From Nemertoderma westbladi (Eukaryota > Animalia > Xenacoelomorpha): a stretch of DNA of 59,953 nt. Position 1 is the first letter of the stretch, and every line of letters starts with the position of its first letter. This document shows, one piece after another, positions 22,590 through 32,500 of this stretch. Location of the stretch: contig JAUCBJ010002391.1 of assembly GCA_032718475.1 (NCBI GenBank), positions 1-59,953 on the forward strand, given 5' to 3'. A program made the translations under genes and the position numbers. The notes under the pieces are model-generated. The model saw nothing but the letters and a program-made list of their open reading frames with translations. It did no database searches and was not told where the DNA came from.

Positions 22590-25290
22590 ACTACTACTAC
22601 TAGGTTGAGCGAACTCAAACAGTGGAAATCGGCTTCCGGATTCTCCATAGTTGTCGCAATTTCGTTTCTCCCAAGTTCAGTATCCCTTTCAAGTTGATCT
22701 ATATATGTTATGGCCGGTCGTCCACGACTATGCTTTCCATGAGTTGGTTGCCAGAGAAGTAGATCTGGTATGACCTCGTCTTTACTTCGCCAGCAGTGCC
22801 CACTGAATCGTAATCTGCGTTCACGGAGGGTGGTTGATACAGGTGGTATTGTACCATAAAGCTCGGCGTTTGTCATGTGTTGTCTCCAGCTGATGTTTAG
22901 GGCTGCCCTTAGTAGTCTTGTGTAGCAACCATCAATTCATTGTTAAAGTGATTTAGTCAGTGTCCAGGTCTCACCCCCGTATAAAAATACTCTTTCCACT
23001 GTGGCTCGAAAGAACTTAGTCTTCAGGTGCCTAGAGAGATCTGATTTCCAGATGGTATCCATTTTTGATAGAGCTACCCAAGCCTTTGCTTTCCTAACTT
23101 CCATGTCCTTTTGGCTACTCTCTATCCATGATCCAAGGTACTGGAAGTCGTCGACCTTCCTTAGTTGATTATTATCAATGGTTGTCAAGTTTCCATCAAC
23201 ATTAAAGGTCATGAATTCGGTCTTGGTAGCATTTATATGCAATCCACCTCCTTAGCAGCCCTCTCCACTTTATTTAGTAGAAGCTGTGCATCTGCTAGCG
23301 TATTAGAGAGCAGGGCGATGTCATCTGCAAAGTCGGTGTCTGTGACTGTAGTTGCCGGATGCCTTCTTTGACTTTTCCTCCAATCAGTCTCCGTAGTGCA
23401 AGTATCTGAGCTATTGTTGATCTACTTGGTCGAAATCCGTTTTGGCTCTTACGCAGTAGTTTCTCTATGTGAGGCCTAATCCTATATAGAATCATTTTAT
23501 TGTATATTTTGGCAGCTACCACAAGCAGACAGATCCCACGATAGTTTGTTGGTATGCCGAGGTCTCCTTTCTTGGGGAGAGGCTTTAGTTGACCTTTAGT
23601 CCAAATTGGTGGTGGCTTTTCCCCTTTTAACATCCGGTTGCAAACATTCAATAATGGTATGTTTAGCACTCCGGCTTTCCATACCTCCGCTGGAATTTCA
23701 TCTAATCCACTCGCTTTATTATTGGACATGCTTTTACTGCTTCTTTGGAGTTCGGCAGGTGTGAAGTCCCCTGTTTCTATAGGTAGTGTCTTGTCATATA
23801 TTTTCCTTGTAGGGCTGACCTCAATGTTTGGTGGCTGCCCAAGCAAGTTGCTGAAGTGATTTTTCCACTTCCCATCACGTTCTTCTGGACTATCGGCTTT
23901 GAGGCGCCCCTTTGCACAACTTTTCCAACCAGATACCTCATTTACAGTTTGCCAGGTAAGCCTTGATTGTTGCTGTATGTGAGCAGTTGTAATTGCTTCA
24001 ATTTTATCCTGTATGTAGTTTTCCTGGCTGATGTTGTAGGCCAATTTAAGATCGTCCTTAGCTTTCTCAACCTTGTTAATGTTTTCGGTTGTTGGTTGTT
24101 CGGTTTTAACTTTGTAGGCTATCTTAAGATCTTCTCTCTTACAAGTAACCTCAGAGTTTTGCCATGGCACATACTGTTTTCGTTTGGGTTTCTGGTGGAT
24201 ATGCCTCTTAGCTGATTCCTTGTGTGCTGTTATTATATTCTGGTATATTGAATCGGTGGATTGGTCTTCATCCATTGACTGAAGTGCTTCAAAGCGGTTT
24301 TGAACTTCTACTGTGTAAACATCCTTTACAGCATTGTCAAACTGAGTCTGATCTCTGCAGTCACAATTCTGTGGTCCGAACCAATTAGGTTGAACGAGCT
24401 GTATTCCTCGCAGTTGATCATGCCGTTTCTCCACTTTTTGTTTATAAGGATGTAATCCAGTTGTGCTTTGGTTCCATTAGGGAATTGAAAGGTCCATAGC
24501 TTCCCCTTACTGTTTGTTGGTATCAATTCACATTCTTCCATTAGGTCTAAAAGTAAGTACCCATTTCTGTTAGAACTGGTGTTATAAGTGTAACCATTGA
24601 TGTCTTCTGGGCCAATTTGCGCATTCAGGTCACCAGCAATGACTTTAAGATTGTCTTTCGGAATGTCCTTTATAAGTCCAGTCAGTTCTTCATAAAACTT
24701 GACTGCTTCTTCTGGCTCTGAGGCACTGGAATTTATAGATTCGATTTTATTTAGGGTCTTAAGTGCAAATGGGCTTAGCAGAATTCCTACTCCACCAATT
24801 GATGTATTGGCCGAATTTCTTACTACTGAGCTTGTTACTAACGTCAATCCATTTCCAATGTCATTGTACTTCATTAGAATGTAACGACACGCCGACTTAA
24901 GGGGATTTTGGTACATATTAGAAAGTAAGCGTTTTCAATAGTGAAGGAGGTGATCCTTACTTTCTAAATTGTACTTCATGGCAGTGTCTTCATGACAAAT
25001 CCGATGTTCTTGGATGCAGATGATGTCGATGTTATATTCCATTGCCAGAGCAACCATGTCACCCTGTTTGCTATGTGCTTTCAGCGTGCGTGTGTTCATT
25101 GTTGCAATCTTTAGTGTCGTTTTACATTTCAACAGGTTGGTACTTCTTTCTTCTCTGTCTTCTGTTCCAATAGCCAATTTATCGACCCCAGCAAGGTGCA
25201 CCACTGAGGGACGCGGTCCTTGTTGACCCGGGCGACGACCGCGCCGGTATTTCTCCTGGAGGGTTCTCATACTCATATCTTTCAGTTGCG
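22590..25290 (-). mobile_element. Near full-length but decayed RTE-like LINE (APE + RT), with frameshifts, stops and an internal RT deletion
   Basis: APE motifs: IATMNTRTL, DIICIQEHR, GGVGILLS, IAGDLNAQIG, QLDYILI, SDHRIV. RT motifs: KASGLDEIPAE, PKKGDL..NYRGICLL, QNGFRPSRST, TDTDFADDIALL (~23310-23345), DFQYLGSWI, RLRFSGHCWR, GRPAITY. (GTA)n tail near 22591-22601. Confidence 0.93.
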
Positions 25291-25559
25291 AGAGTAAACC
25301 GCTTGTGGTCGCAACTCCTACAAGCGTCTTTGCAGTAGGTCGCCGTTGGAAAAGCCGAAGAAAACTTTATAATTTTTTTGAGAAATCACTTAGATATGAG
25401 CGTTCGTATGTTTCTTGTTTTAGCATGTGGGCGAGGCTATTTAATTATTTCCAGCAATCTCGGGTGTACCTGAAATTTGAAACTTATCGGTACTCAAATG
25501 AAACCATTTTATATGGCGGTGGTGTCCCCAAACCTGCAGAAACAAAACATTAAGTTATA

Positions 25560-26771
25560 ATGGAAGACCTAAACTTCCCTTACTGCATTTCTCTTAGTGG
25601 TAAACGTGTTGTTAGGTATCACCGGAATGCTCATGATGTGGAAGAGAAAATAGAATTACTAAATTGTATAACAAATATAACTAATAATAAAGCAATTCGT
25701 ATCATGCACACAAATGATGGGACGATAACAGCAGACGTACGTGGTTCTGCCAGCTACAGCTACATACTGACCAATGTTAAGAATGGACCGATCATCACTA
25801 AGGACAGATGTTTTATTACTGATTCGTCAGGCAAAAGGCGCATGGGGTTTGTTGTTGTTATTGAGGATGCAGCAGATGAATTTGGCAGTACCATAGAAGT
25901 GGCATTTGTAAATCGTATTAATTCAGACGATTTTATCCAAAAGATTCAATTACTGATTAAGTACTGGGAGTCTCAGCCCGACTCACACGAAGAACAGGTT
26001 GGCGACAATCTGTCTTTGATTTATCATCTTAATTTTGATTTTGAACAACCTCTTCAAAAGATTGGCAAATTTGACAAAGATAATGATGATAACATGCTAC
26101 AAAGTAAACTTGATATGATCGAAGAAACATCGAGACAACTTGACAAACAAACAAAAATGAATAACGACATAGCACAATATATTAAGGAAATTACAGTGGC
26201 AGAATTGATGAAACCCGACGTTGCCAATGTTGTTGACTATTTGAAAAAACAGATGTTATTTTTACATGAAGAACTGAAAACCCAGGATGATAAAGAGAAC
26301 TACTCACAAAAACGATACATGAAAACAAGATTGACCAGAAATACAACGGCATTAAATGTCACATTTATGAATTTTAGCAAAAGTCTCTTTGACCAGATTA
26401 ATAGACAACAAAATATAGACGACAGAAAGAAAAAACTATTAGATGATATTCTTACAGAGGGAGAACAAAATTTAAAACGAATCAGAGTTGAAAATGACAA
26501 AAAAATAAGTCATTTCTTCGTGGTGCGACGTTTGAATCAACTGTAGAGGCAAAATAAGCTAATAGAGGATAAAATAGATGGTATGATCCGACTTGTTAAA
26601 ATAAACGAGAATAAATTGTTTGATATGATAGATAAGGTGCAGAGGGATCATTTACACTTGAGACGCAAATATATGGAAATAGAAAACGAATATTTTGATC
26701 AGCTGATGAAGAAAACTTCGGAAATGTTACAAATTGGAACATTTAGACGTTATTGGGCACAACTATATTAA
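25560..26771 (+). pseudogene. Orphan intronless reading frame (beta-rich N-terminus + coiled coil): 328-aa ORF continuing in frame past one TAG to 26771
   Basis: ORFs 25305-25553, 25560-26546 and 26583-26771 share one frame. The K/E/Q/L-rich helical character continues across the TAG at 26544-26546. I recognise no family. Confidence 0.5.
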
Positions 26772-27418
26772 TCTGAAGTAAATCTAAAGTTGTATTAGAC
26801 GTTTTTGGGCACAACTGTATTAATCTGAAGTAAATCTAAAGTTGTATTAGACGTTTTTGGGAACAACTGTATTAATCTGAAGTAAATCTAAAGTTGTATT
26901 AGACGTTTTTGGGCACAACTATATTAATCTGAAGTAAATCTAAAGTTGTATTAGACGTTTTTGGGCACAACTGTATTAATCTGAAGTAAATCTAAAGTTG
27001 TATTAGACGTTTTTGGGAACAACTGTATTAATCTGAAGTAAATCTAAAGTTGTATTAGACGTTTTTGGGCACAACTATATTAATCTGAAGTAAATCTAAA
27101 GTTGTATTAGACGTTTTTGGGCACAACTATATTAATCTGAAGTAAATCTAAAGTTGTATTAGACGTTTTTGGGCACAACTGTATTAATCTGAAGTAAATC
27201 TAAAGTTGTATTAGACGTTTTTGGGAACAACTGTAATAATCTGAAGTAAATCTAAAGTTGTATTAGACGTTTTTGGGCACAACTATATTAATCTGAAGTA
27301 AATCTAAAGTTGTATTAGACGTTTTTGGGCACAACTGTATTCATATGAAGTAAATCTAAAGTTGTATTAGACGTTTTTGGGAACAACTGTATTAATCTGA
27401 AGTAAATCTAAAGTTGTA
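26743..27418. repeat. Minisatellite, 52 bp unit (TTAGACGTTTTTGGGCACAACTRTATTAATCTGAAGTAAATCTAAAGTTGTA), 13 copies
   Basis: Near-perfect copies; the first overlaps the end of the orphan reading frame. Confidence 0.97.
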
Positions 27419-27454
27419 ACCACACAGTAAATTGAATTAGATTTTACCTTGATT

Positions 27455-27620
27455 AAACAAAGGCGAGCCACGAAGTGAGTGAAGCCTTAGGCCTTAGCAT
27501 ATGGCTACCATTAACGAGTTGTCTGTCGTAGTCGTCGTCTGTCGTCGTCGTCGTAAATTTTTGAACGCTAATAACTCTGTTATGTGTTGATGAAATTAGA
27601 CGAAACTTGGAAACTTGCTA
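27455..27620 (+). mobile_element. DINE-1/HINE-like non-autonomous element fragment
   Basis: GGCGAGCCACGAA...TTAGCATA..(GTC)n microsatellite..TCTGTTATGT..GATGAAAT..AAACTTGG, homologous to the reverse complement of 28320-28480. Confidence 0.45.
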
Positions 27621-27640
27621 AAGGCTTTGCTCACTTCATA

Positions 27641-27707
27641 CTGCGCGAAGGCCCCACGAACGTGTACAGTACTACTGTAACTACACGTTCGTGGGGCCTT
27701 CGCGCAG
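27641..27707. repeat. Perfect 26-bp inverted repeat with 15-nt spacer
   Basis: CTGCGCGAAGGCCCCACGAACGTGTA (27641-27666) and its exact reverse complement (27682-27707). Confidence 0.95.
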
Positions 27708-28261
27708 CACGAGGCTCAGTTATGAAATACAGATTAAAATTGAGCGATTCTACTGTATCGTATCACAAACTCGGTATTTAATAAATTTAACTAAACGCCA
27801 ATAAATCAAAGAAAAGGAGGGAAGTCTACCCCCCCCCCCCCCCCACCCCCCCCCCCCTCCCCCTTCAACCCCCTCTTAATCTGCACCACCCCAACACAAA
27901 CCCACAGAAGATTGATAGAAAGGCAGGTATTAGCAGGAAATGTTTATGTGCTTTAAAGGATTTATGTGCTTTAAAAGTAATATTATATTTATTTTTAATA
28001 TAACACAAAATACAACTGGAAGCGATTCACAAATATACAAACAGCACAAATTTATAGCAAAAATAATTAAAGATAGCATATTATTTAATTTGTTACGAAT
28101 CACTTGAACTAATTAAAAATCTATGTATGGGGATTACATCTGTATGATTTTTAAGTATATTTATTGAAATCTTATACTAGAAAATAATTTATTTCCACTA
28201 AAAGGCAGGTTGAAATGTTCTTTTTTTACCCTAATCAACTTAATTATCTAATTAACAGCTT

Positions 28262-28480
28262 TTATCTTAGCCCGAAGGCCACACACAAATTCTACTTGGA
28301 AAATTTCTGAACTTTTGCCAAACAACATATGTACCAAGTTTGGTTAGATTTCATCGAGGATTTGCCGATGTATAAACGTTTAAAATTGGACATAACAGAA
28401 TAACAGATCAACAGACACACCGATTGAATTAGTGATACCCGTATGCTAAGCTCGTTTACTTTCGTGGCTCGCCCCACAAC
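28262..28480 (-). mobile_element. Second DINE-1/HINE-like element copy, inverted
   Basis: Minus strand reads GGCGAGCCACGAAAGTAAACGAGCTTAGCATACGGG...TTCTGTTATGTCC...GATGAAATCTAACCAAACTTGGTACATATGTTG. Confidence 0.45.
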
Positions 28481-28602
28481 AATCACTGAATACCGGTACT
28501 ACTGCAATACAATACAACAATAGCAGAATAGGCCGATCTTCAGATACAGATAGGTGGCTGATAACAGGGGAATTATTACTTTGGTACACAGCAGGGACAA
28601 TC

Positions 28603-28732
28603 AGGGAAAGGAGCAGGTTACAGAGTGACAGAGGCGGGATTTTCTAACCAAAACAATAAACGATCACTTAACTAATTGAGGGAAAGGAGCAGGTTACAGA
28701 GGCGGGATTTTCTAACCAAAACAATAAACGAT
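28603..28732 (+). repeat. Two tandem copies of a ~55-bp dispersed repeat (GGAAAGGAGCAGGTTACAG..GGC..TTCTAACCAAAACAATAAAC)
   Basis: The same motif occurs at ~5498-5555, 21885-21933 (-), 44490-44540, 44588-44640 and 45865-45915 (-). Confidence 0.85.
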
Positions 28733-28944
28733 AATTTAAAAACCAAAGCAAGAAAACGCACTGTCAGAGGGTAGGCAAGTCTGTAGACCGGTAATACTGT
28801 AATACTAGGTACCGGCATGCTGTGTACGAAAGTATTACCGGTACAGTAATAAGAGGCAAGAGGGGATAACAGGATAACGATTAAGCCTACGCCCCTACCA
28901 GCCAACGGTAAACTGACATTTCGAATGTGTGGGATTCATATATA

Positions 28945-29066
28945 ATGGCAGACTCGGTGATTAAACAAGTGGTTCCGGACGTAGCCACAAGGGTTGAGCC
29001 GCCTATTCCGAGAGCTCCAACGTGGACACATGCTGCACCACAGACCCGCTTTGGCCCCTTAGGAAA
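28945..29066 (+). CDS. Exon 1 of a 150-aa single-TM protein, putative NADH:ubiquinone oxidoreductase subunit B6 (B17)-like
   Basis: ATAATGG start context; reads MADSVIKQVVPDVATRVEPPIPRAPTWTHAAPQTRFGPLGK; donor AA|GTGAGT at 29067, phase 2. Confidence 0.75.
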
Positions 29067-29514
29067 GTGAGTTGAGTAGGCTTCCCACTTAGCACTTAGG
29101 TACCGGTATATGTTTATATGTATATTTATTTGTTATATGTTTAAGCTACAAGTATCGCTATTTATGTTTGACATTCATGCCAACTCTAATCCTTCCAACT
29201 CCAAACTCTGAACTTGGTGAACTATTTTCTAAAACATCGACAATTCACAACTACAATACCGGTACCGTACCCGAGTAGCTTGTGATCGCAATTTCTATAC
29301 CCCTCTTCAATCTTGCAAGACTGTCGTCCACGCAACGTTCCATGAGTTTTCTAGGCCCTTCCATCTGCCATCTGGAATGCTATACCAACAAATCGGCTGA
29401 TCGGCGCCGGTTTTTATTTTTGAGCGCGCCACGCGCCACGTTGGCGTGCTTTTATTGTAAAGCGCGCCGGATTAATCAGGCTGTCAGGCGCAAAGTGTAT
29501 GGATTCCAGTCTGG

Positions 29515-32500
29515 CCTACCGGTACTGTTTCTGGTGTTGCCATTGATTCATTATGCCTACCGGCTGACCGGTACTGTTGCTATTGATTCATTATGCCTAC
29601 CGGCTGATCGGCACCTTTACCGGTGTTGTCATTAATTCATTATGCCTACCGGTACTGTTACCAGTGTTGCCATTGATTAATTATGCCTACCGGTACTGTT
29701 ACCGGTGTTACCATTCATTCATTATGCCTACCGGTACTGTTTCCGGTGTTGCCATTGATTCATTATGCCTACCGGTAATGTTACCGGTGTTGCCATTGAT
29801 TCATTATGCCTACCGGTGCTGTTTCCGGTGTTGCCATTCAGCCATTGATTCATTATGCCTACCGGTACTGTTTCCGGTGTTGCCATTGATTCATTATGCC
29901 TACTTGTACTGTTACCGGTGTTGTCATTGATTCATTATGCCTACCGGTAAAGTTTCCTGTGTTGCCATTGATTAATTATGCCTACCGGTAAAGTTTCCAG
30001 TGTTGCCATTGATTCATTATGCTTACCGGTACTGTTACCGGTGTTGCCATTGATTCATTATGCCTACCGGTACTGTTACCGGTGTTGCCATTGATTCACT
30101 ATGCCTACCGGTACCTTTTCCGGTGTTGCCATTGATTCATTATGCCTACCGGTACTGTTACCGGTGTTGCCATTGATTCATTATGCCTACCGGTACTGTT
30201 TCCTGTGTTGCCATTGATTCATTATGCCTACCGGTACTGTTACCGGTGTTGCCATTGATTCATTATGCCCACCGGTGCTGTTTCCGGTGTTGCCATTCAG
30301 CCATTGATTCATTATGCCTACCGGTACTGTTTCCGGTGTTGCCATTGATTCATTATGCCTACTTGTACTGTTACCGGTGTTGCCATTGATTCATTATGCC
30401 TACCGGTAAAGTTTCCTGTGTTGCCATTGATTCATTATGCTTACCGGTACTGTTACAGGTGTTGCCATTGATTCATTATGCCTACCGGTACTGTTACCGG
30501 TGTTGCCATTGATTCACTATGCCTACCGGTACCTTTTCCGGTGTTGCCATTGATTCATTATGCTTACCGGTACTGTTACAGGTGTTGCCATTGATTCACT
30601 ATGCCTACCGGTACTGTTAACCGGTGTTGCCATTGATTCATTATGCCCACCGGTGCTGTTTCCGGTGTTGCCATTCAGCCATTGATTCATTATGCCTACC
30701 GGTACTGTTACCGGTGTTGCCATTGATTCATTATGCCTACCGGTACTGTTACCGGTGTTGCCATTGATTCATTATGCCCACCGGTGCTGTTTCCGGTGTT
30801 GCCATTCAGCCATTGATTCATTATGCCTACCGGTACTGTTTCCGGTGTTGCCATTGATTCATTATGCCTACTTGTACTGTTACCGGTGTTGCCATTGATT
30901 CATTATACATACCGGTACTGTTACCGGTGTTGCCATTGATTCATTATGCCTACCGGTACCGGTACTGTTACCGGTGTTGCCATTGATTCATTATGCCTAC
31001 CGGTAAAGTTTCCTGTGTTGCCATTGATTCATTATGCTTACCGGTACTGTTACAGGTGTTGCCATTGATTCACTATGCCTACCGGTACCTTTTCCGGTGT
31101 TGCCATTGATTCATTATGCTTACCGGTACTGTTACAGGTGTTGCCATTGATTCACTATGCCTACCGGTACTGTTTCCGGTGTTGCCATTGATTCATTATG
31201 CCTACTTGTACTGTTACCGGTGTTGTCATTGATTCATTATGCCTACCGGTAAAGTTTCCTGTGTTGCCATTGATTAATTATGCCTACCGGTAAAGTTTCC
31301 AGTGTTGCCATTGATTCATTATACATACCGGTACTGTTACCGGTGTTGCCATTGATTCATTATACATACCGGTACTGTTTCCGGTGTTGCCATTGATTCA
31401 TTATGCCTACCGGTACTGTTACCGGTGTTGCCATTGATTCATTATACATACCGGTACTGTTTCCGGTGTTGCCATTGATTCATTATTCATACCGGTACTG
31501 TTTCCGGTGTTGCCATTGATTCATTATGCCTACCGGTAAAGTTTCCTGTGTTGCCATTGATTCATTATGCCTACCGGTAAAGTTTCCTGTGTTGCCATTG
31601 ATTCATTATGCCTACCGGTACTGTTTCCGGTGTTGCCATTGATTCATTATGCCTACTTGTACTGTTACCGGTGTTGCCATTGATTCATTATGCCTACCGG
31701 TACTGTTTCCTGTGTTGCCATTGATTCATTATGCCTACCGGTACTGTTTCCGGTGTTGCCATTCAGCCATTGATTCATTATGCCTACCGGTACTGTTACC
31801 GGTGTTGCCATTGATTCATTATGCCTACTTGTACTGTTACAGGTGTTGCCATTGATTCATTATGCCTACCGGTACTGTTTCCGGTGTTGCCATTCAGCCA
31901 TTGATTCATTATGCCTACCGGTACTGTTACCGGTGTTGCCATTGATTCATTATGCCTACTTGTACTGTTACAGGTGTTGCCATTGATTCACTATGCCTAC
32001 CGGTACCTTTTCCGGTGTTGCCATTGATTCATTATGCTTACCGGTACTGTTACAGGTGTTGCCATTGATTCACTATGCTTACCGGTACTGTTACCGGTGT
32101 TGCCATTGATTCATTATGCCTACCGGTAAAGTTTCCTGTGTTGCCATTGATTCATTATGCCTACCGGTACTGTTTCCGGTGTTGCCATTGATTCATTATG
32201 CCTACTTGTACTGTTACAGGTGTTGCCATTGATTCACTATGCCTACCGGTACCTTTTCCGGTGTTGCCATTGATTCATTATGCTTACCGGTACTGTTACA
32301 GGTGTTGCCATTGATTCACTATGCTTACCGGTACTGTTTCCGGTGTTGCCATTGATTCATTATGCCTACCGGTACTGTTACCGGTGTTGCCATTGATTCA
32401 TTATACATACCGGTACTGTTTCCGGTGTTGCCATTGATTCATTATACATACCGGTACTGTTTCCGGTGTTGCCATTGATTCATTATGCCTACTTGTACTG

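Noticed and set aside
25551-26546. TAA/TAG codon reassignment to explain the in-frame stops
   Set aside because: PCID2 and the NDUFB6-like gene end in TAG at their expected C-termini and have no internal TAA/TAG.
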